Source of the DNA: Hemiscyllium ocellatum
Taxonomy: Eukaryota
DNA length: 64,000 nt
Direction: 5' to 3'
NCBI RefSeq assembly: GCF_020745735.1
Contig: NC_083427.1
Coordinates: forward strand, 2,387,438 to 2,451,437
Part shown: positions 34,901 through 46,830 of the stretch, piece after piece
Position numbering within the stretch: the first letter of the stretch is position 1
Layout: every line of letters begins with the position of its first letter
Position numbers and translations under genes: made by a program
Notes under the pieces: generated by a model
Told to the model about the DNA's origin: nothing
Seen by the model: only the letters and a program-made list of their open reading frames with translations
Databases searched by the model: none

Positions 34901-35379
34901 TTATTTTTATGTAAACGTCGCTAAATTTATTTGTTTTGAATTGTGGAGACGAACTTTTTTTTAACATGCTGTTGCATTTACAGAGTTTTTGGAGAAGCCT
35001 ACACCTAGACGACTCTGCAGTGAGGTTTTCTGTCAGACATTTGAAAGCTGCCTCCTAGATCATTTGAGCAGGAGTCGTTTCTACATAATCGTTTAAAGAA
35101 GTGGTTGATTGTATTTAAGGTTCTAACGTTTGATTTTTTAAAGTTCTTATTGTCTGCATGCTGAATGTTAAATCTTTGGTGCAGAAAAGTCGTTTATTTT
35201 GTGTTTAAGATGTCACTGCAAACTGCTTCTTTTTAGACTTAATTACTTTGAGCACTTGCAAGAGACACAGAGATGACAGGCTAATTGATTTAGAGAAGTG
35301 ATTAAGCAGCAGGATCTCTCAGAGAAACGAGTCACTGTCACGAAGGTAAGAAGTCAATTCAGAAACGTCTTGTTGTTGT

Positions 35380-38300
35380 TCCTATCTTAATCAGATTCTC
35401 AGGCTTGGGTACTGTTGAAACGAATGGCCTCTATGACGAAAATTCATGTGGCAGCCAAATTTTGGACACGAAGAATGAGTCTTATATTAGGCAGTGTTTG
35501 AGAAACATTAAAATAATCAGTATTATAGGGGACTGTTCTGTCAAGTGCACAGGCATGTTACTCTGTAACGGTGAGCGTGAATGTAGGATAGAAGAATGTT
35601 TTTCTAATGCCAGGAATACGGAGGTCTCTAAATGTTTGAAGCATATTGTCAAAGGGGAAATGAGAAATCAGAAGGTTTTGCACACACTTGTAAGAACAAC
35701 AGAAGCAAGGCTTTACAGAGTGAATATGACAAGTTAGGTAGAAGTTTAAAAAAACAGAACGTCACATGTGGTATCTCTGGTTTACACAAACGAAGGGAAA
35801 AATCAAAGGATAAAGGAGGTAAGTCAATGGCTGAAGAGGGTGTCATGTTCAGGGATTTAGGTTTTTGGATCCTTGGTATCTTTTTGGGGCAGGAACGACC
35901 TGTCCAAGTAGAATGGATGTATATATACTGGAAATGATTAATATCCTTGCGGGAAGATCAGCTAATTATACTCAGGGATGCTGTAAACTATGAGGGGTAG
36001 GGTGAGGTGAAAGGACCCGATGTAGCAGATTAAATAGAAACATAGATGAGGATGGTATTAAATCTGGAAAGAAAGAAATTTATAACAGACAAGTGCAAGT
36101 CAAAGAATCAAATAACTCTAACTAATTAATTTGAATATATGTCAATGGAAGGTGTCTTACAAGGAAGGTTGATGATTTGGGAACACGGAATTGAGACGTC
36201 GTACCTATGTCAGAATCCTAGGTAAAGTATGGACAGGTCTGGCACCTGAATGTTTTGGTTTTCTTATGCTGTAGGAAGTACTGAAAAAGAGGCAAAATAC
36301 TTGGGGGAGACGAGTTTTGATTAGTGGAATCATTGCTGTGTAAACCCAAAAGATATTTTTGAAAAACCTTCCGTTTAAAATACAGGGGTATTAGAAATAA
36401 AAGAAGGATTGACCACCTTGATGGGATTGTACTGTAGGTATTTCAACAGTCAGAGGGAAATTTAGGAACAAATATATAGACAGCTCTTCGCTATATTTAA
36501 GAATACAGAAGTCATAAGAGCAGATGATGTTAACATATCCAAGCATTGTTTGGGGCAACCAGAGTTCTTAAGTTGTGGATAGTGAAGGGTTGTTAAATTT
36601 TGTCAAGAAAATTTTTCTGATCTTCTTGTGAATGTTCCTACTACAGAAGGAACAAAACGTGACCTTCCCTTGTGCAAAGATAAACAGCAGAAAATGAGGG
36701 CATCTGGAGATCAGAGCTGAAAATGTGTTGCTGGAAAAGCGCAGCAGGTCAGGCAGCATCTAAGGATCAGGAGAATCGATGTCTCGTTTCCTGAAGAAGG
36801 GCTCATGCCCGAAACATCGATTCTCCAGCTCCTTGGATGCTGCCTGATCTGCTGCACTTTTCCAGCAACACATTTTCAGCTGAAGATAAACAGAGCAAAT
36901 GTCTAAAGTAATAGTCGAACACTCGGGGTCTAGTGATCACAATTCTATATATTTAAAGTATTTTTTGAAAGGATAAGTCTTCCATAAAATAATTATGTTT
37001 TTATTTTGAATAAAGCAAATACTCATGCTGTAAGTCAAGAGTTTTCAAAAATTGATTGGAGTAGACTGTTCATTTGTAAAGGGGCTGTCATATAAGCGGG
37101 AGGCATTCACAAATGTAATGAGGAGAGTTCAGAGCCGTTATGCTCCAATTAGAGTGAAAGATAAGGCTCATAGGGTGAGAGAACAATGGATGTAAAATAT
37201 ATTGAGTCAAGAATAATAAGATCATATGTTTAACATCAACAACTCTGTTCAAATAAATCTTTTGAACACTGTGAAGAGTGATGAGGCATTCGTAGATGGG
37301 AGATCAGAAAGGTAAGTAGAAGGTTTGAAATATCCATTGAAAATAAGGTTATGGAAAATCCAAAGATATTTTCCAAGTACATTAAGAACACAAGAACGAC
37401 TAGACCGAAAATACAGCTCCTTATACATTAACAGGTCTTTCTTGTGTTTTACCTCAGGAGATGGGGAGGATTTTAAATGAATATTATCCATCAGTTTTTC
37501 CTGTGGACATAAACAATGGAGTTCAGAAAACTCAATAACATACTTAATGATGCTTTCAAAAGATTTAACATAACAGAAGAGGAACTCTTGGACGTCTTTG
37601 AATATATAAAACTGGATAAATCTCAGAGACCTAACCTAATGTATCCAAAGACTTTGTGAGAAGTTAGGGAGGAAACGCAGGGACACTTACAGAAATATTT
37701 CTATTGGGTATAAATACAGTTGACCTACTTATTGACTGGAGAGTGAATAATGCTTTGTTTTTTTAAAGAAATATGGGAAGTATCGATATCCATTTCTTAC
37801 TGTTAGAGTTCAGGTACATAATTATTTGAAGTTTTCATCACGTATACATAAGGTTACAAAGAAGACGTTTCTCATGTTTGTCTTCAGTTCTGAGACCTTT
37901 GTGTTCATGAGTTGGAGCATTTCGCTAAGATTACATTGGAAGTTGGTAAAATTTCCTCTGGGTAACTTTGCCCATTTCTGATCTTCCTGCAGAAGGAATG
38001 ATATCATTATTCTGGAAAGGATTCCAAAGAGATTAACCAAGGTTGGCCAAGGCTAAAATGTTTTCCTTAGAAGGAGAGGCTGGATACGCTGAGTCTTCTT
38101 TTTCCCTGGATCTTTAGAGATTGAAAGGTTCCCTAATAGAAGTATATAAAAGCATAACGGGTGTGGATAAGATTAACAAAAATGGCTTTTCTCTTGGCTG
38201 GTGGATTTCAGACTGTAAGGCATTTTTAAAGCTGAGAAGTAAAATATTCTGAAAAGACACTCATCCACACAGAGACTTTTTCGTGTGTGCAATGAACCTC

Positions 38301-38490
38301 CAGGGAAAGTGATGAATGACGTTTATAAAACATTTCGATCCGCGTACGAATAAGAAACCTTGGAGGGATATGAGCCACGAACAGATACGTCGGCTAGTTT
38401 ACTTTGGGATGATGTTTAGTTTGGACTGGTTGGAATCAAAAGTGCGTTTCCATGACTCTATGACTCTCTGATTCTACAACTCTATGAATC
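35380..38490 (+). mobile_element. Long decayed CR1 LINE (endonuclease to 3' tail), interrupted by a hairpin element
   Basis: Endonuclease/RT remnants throughout; ends in CTATGACT-type tail repeats at ~38450-38490. Confidence 0.75.
36688..36882 (-). mobile_element. 195-bp Penelope-derived hairpin insertion with 11-bp TSD (AAGATAAACAG at 36677-36687 and 36883-36893)
   Basis: Inverted arms; CTGAAGA-A-GGGC-TCAT-GCCC-GAAACATC hammerhead-like motif at 36791-36818; same family as 5875 and 11462. Confidence 0.88.
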
Positions 38491-40939
38491 TACAAATAAA
38501 AATATCCTCAGATGCTACAAATGCAAGATTTCAATCTGAGCAATATTCTTTAAATTTAGATAACTCAGGCTATTCCTTATATGTCAGCGCAACTGACCCT
38601 AAAGCAATTATTTAGTAGATTATCAATTATTTAGTAGGTCTGCCAACCGGGTGTTATTAGATTGTATACAAATTCATCTTTGTCCTTTTTGTCGTTTACA
38701 CTTTCTCGTCCTTTCTTTGAACAGAAATATTCTACCTGTATTTTTTCTCATCTGCAGGGAGTTATTTTATGCTTTCTGATTTGGAACTACACTGCCAAGT
38801 TTTAGAAACTGCCGCAATCTTTCTCTAGGCATTTTTTGAAAGCACCCGTTTTCTTCTGTAATCTTGCTGTAACACCCAAGAAGAAGATAAGTAATTTCAT
38901 TTTGCCTACACAGTAAATATCCTTTATGAAGAGTCTGACCCCATTAACCATAGACTGCCCACTTACGGGTGTGAAAAATGTGCTAATTCTTGGACATTCA
39001 AAATCATTGAACGATGCATTGTCATTCAGAAAAAAAAACGGCAGCTATACTCTTGTCATATTCCTGGGTAATCACCGAAGACATAGAGGGCAGGATATCC
39101 TCCTTTGTTTGCAGGGAATCTATCCTTGTATATTAATATATCGCACCTCACGCAAGCCCAAAATGGTTCACGTTCATAGCTCAATCTATTGTGAAGAAAT
39201 GTTAATGAACTCCTGACACATTAGAAATTCTGCAAATTTGTAAACACTAGTTGCTAAGTTTGAACTGTATCTCAATCATCTAAAAAAATCAAAAGTCAAA
39301 GTCATTTGTCTCTCTTCCATTTTTATGCAATCACTTGAAATGTCATGTTTCTGCGTTTGACCTGTTCAGTGCATAATAAAATGCACCAGAACATGTTTTT
39401 CTTTTCAGAAAGACTCGAGTTCTTATTTATTACAAATTAACTTTTGTGTACACCTTGAAGCGCAACACTTCGACCAATTTGAAAAATTGACATTCCTTCA
39501 TTTTTTTTATGATCACGGCATTATTTTCCTACGGGGAACGTTTATTTGTATTCCAAAAGCCTTACGTTTTATTTTTAAAATACATCATTCTCTAGTTAGA
39601 AAGTCATTTCACAAAACCAATTCAGAGAATGCACCTGCCTCTTCCTTTCATGCGCTTCTTGCACTACTTCATCAAAAATAAATCAAAATTAGGTTCTCAA
39701 GCGTTGTCTCCTTTTTCCAAATCTGAATTGCAATGTGAATTTACCACTACTCTATTGTCTGTTTATTTCATTTTCTGCAATTATTGTTTTTCTTTTGTTT
39801 TTTCTAACTGCTGATATTACTCGCCTGTAGTTGTGACGACTAACATGTTTCCCCTTCATTTGTCAACCTACCAGGTTTTTTTTCCCATTCTTAATTCTCC
39901 GTTCCACAGTTTACTTAATTTTACACCAACTAATTTTCACTGCTATTTATACTTTTGCAGATATATTGTGAGAGCGTCCATTTCCTTTCTAAATCTCTGT
40001 CCAATACACATTAAATGCATGACCGTGCCATCTTCTCAGTTTCTTACTGGACTCGCACCTGTATTATTTATATGCCTGTAGAATGCTTTTGGGTTTTTCT
40101 TAACATGTTATCTTTTATGTTGACCTACAGTCTACATAGATTTGTTTCGACGCAACAAGGTCATCTTGAAATAATTCACCTGACATGCAGTTTGAAATCC
40201 CATTTCCATTTCCATTTAAACCTGACAATACTGTGCCTTTAATACATATATTTTGTGCAGTTTTGTTTTATGAAGAAACGTTGAAATCAGAGGTGCATTT
40301 CGTCTGAATCAAAGTATTTAAAGCTATCAGCTTGTGAACCCTTGGTGTTTCATTGTCTAAAGTTTAGAACAATAAAATCAGCTTGAAATTTCGGGTCAAG
40401 TGTCCATTGAACCAGGATTTTCTTGTTTGAGGTTTTCAGGAGCAATTGTTGTTGACTTCTTGAAGCTGGATTTGAAGCTGCAGTACTTCTCACCCTGCTT
40501 CTCTTTCGTTCAGATTTTTTTTTTGTTAGTGCTTATCTTCCTGGAATGGAGAATTGCCTGCGAGATATTCGATTTCTTTGAACTTGGCTATACCAAGGTT
40601 TTGGTTATGGGATTCTACAATGTTGGAACAATAATTAAGTTACATTTTACATATCTATTACTTTGTTAAACGCATCGATAGAGTTACAGTTGAGCCAAGT
40701 GTTTTATTTTACTTTTATTTTATTTGCATGTTAATGGTACTGTAAAACTGAATGTCTTTTAGCTAGACCAATCGAATTTTACTTGGAATGTAAAGTTTGA
40801 AACTGACCTTTAAGATGAGAACATGTCCACGATCTTCTCTCACATATTTGAGGGGGTCTAGTGTGGTCTGTAACAAACAGAGGGCTACTTTCAGGATCAA
40901 AATCTCAAATACCACATTGGATTTATGATTGTGAGACTG

Positions 40940-42210
40940 AAAGGCCATGAGTCGTGTATATTGGCATCTTTCATTTTGGGCGTTGCTTTCGGTGTGTTTA
41001 AATAGACCTTGTATAATAATTGCTAGTTCAGTCGTTAAATGTGTCCCAGGTGTGGAGGAGATCACTTGTGATGTTTTATATAAAGTGAGAAAGGCACAGA
41101 TTTCGGAATTGGTGAGCGACTTTGAGTTGGGTTTTGCAGTGTCTGTGGGGAAAGTGGAGATAATTGTGACCACCATGCAGCATTTACAATTGCCAGGAAA
41201 ATGACTAGTTAGTTTGAAAATAGCTATAAATCAACTTTAAGTGTCGCAAAATGAAAAAAAAACAAAGGGAAAGGAAGAGTAACTCTGGCAAAAGGAAAAT
41301 AAAAATAAAATGAAATGAAAACAACTCAATAGCAATTTAAAGCAGGTGAAAAATAAAGCGAATGGGAGACCCTNNNNNNNNNNNNNNNNNNNNNNNNNNN
41401 NNNNNNNNNNNNNNNNNNNNNNNNNNNNNNNNNNNNNNNNNNNNNNNNNNNNNNNNNNNNNNNNNNNNNNNNNNNNNNNNNNNNNNNNNNNNNNNNNNNN
41501 NNNNNNNNNNNNNNNNNNNNNNNNNNNNNNNNNNNNNNCAGTATTTCGGAACTCTAACCTCGAAGTGATTTAAAATGGTGAACATAGATCGGGAAAGGAA
41601 AAGTAATGAAGGCAAGGTTATTTAGGAGTTTACTCTGCCAACGTTGAAGAAGGCAAACTACGATTTCTGGGTTTGAGTGATGGTTTTTTTATCGCATGCT
41701 CGTGCCAAATTTTGGGAGTGTGTTTGTACGCTGATTTATTTATTGAGTAAGTGCAGAACATTTGAAAGAATGGAAGACTTTCAGAAGATATTGACAGTTT
41801 GAAAGCAGTGTTAAGGTCTGCTCCAGTGTTAGTGAAACCATTCAAAGTGTGTATCCATACAAATGAGATGGCCGCCAGTGCTGTCCTTGCAAGGAGACAA
41901 TGAGGAGATAAAAACGACGCATTCTGTATTTTTCCAGAAAATTGAAAAACCATTAACTGAAATATGTCATGATTAAGAAGGGAGACCTTCAGATTGGTGT
42001 TGGCTTTGTAATTGTTTTCGAAATTTATATTGGCATTAATATTTCTGAAACAATCTGGTGTAATGATTACAACCTCTTAGTGCTTATGGAGACATCTAAA
42101 CACAAAAATTGCAGACTGTTTCGATGGAGCTTATTATTGCAGCCATTCATTTTTAGAACTATACACGTGGCTGAGAGAGAGAGCATGTTGTGACTTTGAT
42201 TACTAAGGGT
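40940..42210 (+). mobile_element. Gypsy/Ty3 LTR-retrotransposon remnant (gag N-terminus; RT-RNase H), spanning the assembly gap
   Basis: GVEEITCDVLYKVRKAQISELVSDFEL...EIIVTTMQHLQL gag-like segment; KPFKV and RLFRWSLLLQPF RNase-H-like motifs; possible LTR end and degenerate PBS near 40860-40895; polypurine tract ~42360-42371. Confidence 0.75.
41374..41538. other. Assembly gap (165 N)
   Basis: Run of n. Confidence 1.
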
Positions 42211-43039
42211 GGAGACGGGAATAAAAACGATTAAAATACACCGTAGCAATTGTAGGCTTAGATTTAATGCAATATATATGGACTTAAGTGAACTAATAAT
42301 GAAATTCTAAGAGTTTCCAAAAAACGAAGTCATCATTTCACGTTCATGCTTCATTTTCTAAAGGAGGAAGGTATGACGACACTATGACTAAGAGTTGTGT
42401 TTTGTTGTGCTTTCTTTTAGACAGTGATCTGTGGATAGGCGATGAACACTGTATGAGAGATAAACGACCTGTAAAATCTTGAGCATTTTGAAACAATAGA
42501 CACAACCGGCAATGGCATGATCATTTCTAACAAACCAGCATTTTTACCTTCTAGTTTTGAGATTTCAGCAGCTGATGCTGATGTCTCAGTGACGTTAGAA
42601 GCTGGAGTAAATCTCTGGAGTAAAACGTTGTGAATTTTCTGCTAATGAAACTATCCTCTGAGGCTACAGAAGATGCATGTCAAACAATTTGTGTTCTGAG
42701 TTTGCATTTTGCCAGAGGTGTGTTTGTGGAAAAGTCAATCAGTAATATTTAATATATCTATTATTCTGTTAAGTTTTTTTTATTTAGCAATTATATTGCA
42801 ATTCCACCTTTATTTTTGTGGCATTTTAACGACAGTGGATGAATTAAAGTGTGTGTTTTATTTTAATTTCGTTAATTCTACCAATCGAATTACCTCTGGA
42901 ATGCAATGCGCTACATTTATCTATAAAACTAAAAAAAAAGTTATGCCCTGTACTAGGCAAACATCAAACTGCACTCATCTCTTCGAATTGTACCTGTTGC
43001 ATAGCGTCCAGTGAACTGGCATGTTTATTACTCAACTAG

Positions 43040-43800
43040 ATGCTTCTCAAATATTATGAGACTGCACCCACCACTCTCACTGGAAGTTTATTCCATACTC
43101 ATCCACCGTCTGTATCGAAGAAATTTTCCTCAGGCCAACTTCAAGCCACTTATTCCTCACTGTACATTTATGCCATATGCTGTTAGGGACGTGAACTGAA
43201 GGGAAATGCAATCGCACAATCTTCTATTCGTATGCCTCTTATAATTTTGTGCACCTCAATCACATCTACTCTCTTCCCATCAGCCTTCTCTGCTGCAGTG
43301 AAAATGCACCCTACCTGTCCAGTCTCTCCACATTAATTTCATCCCAGATAACATTCTGGCGAATCTCGTCGACCTCCTCTCAATTCTCATCATGTCCTCC
43401 TTCTCTTGTGACAACCAGAACTGTGCACGACATTCTATCTGTGATATAACCAATTTCCTTTCTAAAGTTGCAACACAACTTACTTTCTTCCACATTCTAC
43501 GCCTTGGATTTTGAGGACAAACATCCCATTTGCCTTGTTGTCCATTCCACCTATGCAAACAACGTCAGAGACCGATAGACATATGGACCAAGATTGCTTT
43601 GTTCCTCAGTATTACTTGGGGTCGTACCATTCATCATATATGTATTTACTTTATTGAATCTCGCAAAATGCATCAATTCCTATTCAGCAGAATTAAAATC
43701 TATCTGCTGGTGCTCTGCCCAATTTACCAGATGATCAATATTGAATTGTGTTCCAAGAAAAGAAAGCTTACTACCAACAATACGACCAATTGTTGACTCA
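43040..43800 (-). mobile_element. CR1 LINE 3' fragment
   Basis: Antisense RT C-terminus (ORF 43280-43558 -) and 3' UTR; back-to-back with the next copy. Confidence 0.75.
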
Positions 43801-43849
43801 TAGGAAAGCATGCTAATTCAAGTTGTTGCATTCCTATTCAAGTCATGAA

Positions 43850-45320
43850 CGTACATATCAAACAGGAAGGGTCCTAGCATTGATACAGGACCCTCATACA
43901 GACTATCATACACCAGTGTTGCTGAGGAGAGCGGGAGAGAAAATATCTGTGGCCCTGACAGATATCTTTGTGGCATCCTTAAATACCAGTGAGATTGCGG
44001 AGGACAGGCAGGTTGCTCATGTTGTCCCCCTGCATAAGAAGGGTAGTACTGATATTCTGAGTAACTACAGACCAGTGAGCCTGACGTCAAAGGTGGGGAA
44101 GATGCTGGATAGGGTACTGAGAGATAGGATCTATTTATATTTATAAAATAATGAGCATATCAGAGATAGGCAACATGGTTTCGTGCCTTACCAACTTCAT
44201 GGAGTTCTCCGAGGAAGTGATCATGTTGTTAGATGAGGGAAGAGCTGTCGACGCCATATACATGGATTTTAGTAAGGCATTTGATAAGACTTCCCATGGT
44301 AGACTAATGGAGAAAGTGAAGTCACATGGTGTGCAGGGTGTTCTAGCTAGGTGGAAAAGAACTGGTTGAGCAACAGGAGACAGAGTAGTAGTTGAAGGGA
44401 TTTTCTCGAGATGGAGAAAGGTGACCAGTGGTGTTCCACAGGGGTCTCTACTGGGGCCACTGATGTTTATGAAATACATAAATGATCTGGAAGAGGGCAC
44501 TATTGGTATGATCAGCACATTGCAGATGACACAAATATTGGTGGAGTATCAGAAAGCATTAGGGACTGTCAAAGAATACAGGAGGATGTAGATAGATTGG
44601 AGAGTTGGGCGGAAAAGGGGCGGATGGCTTTTAAATTAGACAAATGTGAGGTGATGCATTTAGGCAAGTCTAATTCTAGAGCAAATTATACAATGAATGG
44701 AAGATCCTTGGGAAAGGTTGATGGGCAGAGAGATCTAAGAGTGCAGATCCCTTGTACCCTGAAGGTTGCTGCACAGGTGGATAGAGTGGTCAAAAAGGCA
44801 TATAATATGCATGCCTCCATTGGGCGGGGTATTGAGTATAAGAGCTGGCAAGTAATGCTAACATTGTACAAGACATTGGTTCGGCTACATTTAGATTACT
44901 GTGTTCAGTTCTGGTCGCCACATTGCCAAAAGGACGTGGACGCTTTGGAGAGGGTGCAGAGTAGGTTTAGAAAGGACGTTGTCTGGTATGGAAGGTACTA
45001 GCTATGAAGAGAGGTTGAGTAGGTTAGGTTTATTTTCACTAGAAAAAAGGAGCGTGTGGGGACCTCATTGAGGTTTCCAAAATCTTGAAGCGTATAGACA
45101 GTATGGATAGAGAGAAGCTTTTGCCCAGGGTGAAGGATTCAGTAACGAGAGGTCATGCTTTCAAGGGGAAAGGTGGAAAGTTTAAGGGGGATGCACGCGG
45201 TAAGTACTTCACACGGAGGTTGGTGGGCTTTTGAAACGCGTTGCCAGCAGATTTGGTAGAGGCAGGCACGGTAGATTCATTGAAGATGCGTCTGGACAGA
45301 TGTATGAGCAGGTGGAGAGC
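43850..45320 (+). mobile_element. CR1 LINE RT domain to 3' end, frameshifted
   Basis: NYRPVSLTSKVGKML, AVDAIYMDFSKAFDK, YINDL..FADD remnant, DKCEVMHLGKSN, LVRLHLDYCVQFWSP. Confidence 0.93.
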
Positions 45321-45639
45321 AGATGATGATGATAAGTGCCTTGGAAGGGGATTTGCTGTTTGTGACGTGCCTGTGCGCTGATGCCATTGTTATTTTCTGT
45401 ACAAACCAAAGTAGATAGAAAGTTACTGTTTAAAGACCTTTGGTGAATTTCTTTCCTGCAGTTTGTACATTGCTCTTGCTGAGTGTCATGAAAGAAAGCA
45501 GTGAACAGTTGTATATTTGGTGCCAATCAAACGACATGCTTTGTCCTGGATGGTGTCAAAATCGTAGACTGCTGTCAGAGGTGACAGATATACCCATATC
45601 AAGAATAAACTGGAGGAGGCCGAGATTGGCCAAGCACTC

Positions 45640-45945
45640 AGCACTTCAAACATTAACACAAACCTGACAGTTCAGAAAGAAGTCATTCGGCCCATCTAGT
45701 CTGCAAACACCACACATAGGTCCACTCTCTACCACAACCTTGTAATGCTGCTATGGGCTTTTGCCACAACTAACCCTCTAAGCATGCAAATCTTTGTACA
45801 CTATGGGGCAAAGTTTCATCGTGGTAACGCAATGAATCTGCACATTTTTGGACTGTTGAGGGAACCTACAGAGATAAAAAGATAACGTGCAAACTCGACA
45901 CACAAAATCACTAAAGGCTGAAAAAGAATTCAGTAATCGCTGCAT
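45640..45945 (-). mobile_element. HE1-like SINE, decayed
   Basis: Antisense CCAAAAATGTGCAG core and tail. Confidence 0.6.
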
Positions 45946-46099
45946 TGAATTAAACTATATTGAACTGAATCAGTTTTATTGTCACATGCGCTCGAATGGG
46001 TACAATTAAAAGTTTCCAAGTGGCCACATTATGGCCGCATGTGAGGTACAAGACACCAGGTACAATTATTTAATTATTTGTTATAAAATAGAAAGAAAA

Positions 46100-46830
46100 G
46101 TCTAGCACAAAAATATATGGGAAACATAAAATCATTCTGTGCTGTTCTTGAAGATTGGCTATGCCGAATTATGAGATGGCAAGCTTGTTGGAGTGCAATT
46201 TTCTGCTGATGATTCTACATGCCACTTCATTGATGCCCAATTTTGATTTGCTTGATCTGTTCCAAGTCCATCTCATTTAGCATGATGACCATTGTACACA
46301 ACACAGTGGCATTTACACTGACTATCGCAATAGTTTGTGCTATGATGGCATGCTTGTGTATCGGTCACTCTTAGGACACTGTCTTGGCGAGGTGCGTTTA
46401 GAGGAGACTGATTAGTGAAGATAAGATCAAGTACGTTTTTTTCCTTCACATTGCTTACCTCACCACCTGCTCTCTTTGTTACCACAGTCCAGTTTTTCTT
46501 TCAAGTCGTCCTCAACATGGAGGAGTACTGACTAAATTGGCTGACGAGATTGCCTTGCAGACAGTTGACCTGATGCCATGAGATGTCAATGTTATGTAAT
46601 GCCAGGTCAACTCTCTCCCGACTTATTTTCCACCATTTCACCACTTTGCTGGGTATGTCCTTTAAGTGGTACATAAATAGCTTAGAGATGGTGATGGAGG
46701 CGTTTGGGGCATTGATTCTGCGCATATGACACTGTCAGACTTACTTTGACTGGTCTTGTGTGACAATTTCTTCAATGCGTCTCTCGTCATCAGATACAAG
46801 GGATTAGAGCACGCTGGTTCGAAAGGGATG
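46100..46830 (-). mobile_element. Non-LTR (L2/CR1 clade) endonuclease-domain remnant
   Basis: Antisense ISWHQV..QGNL and LDLIFTN-like motifs (ORFs 46273-46485 -, 46501-46725 -). Confidence 0.6.
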
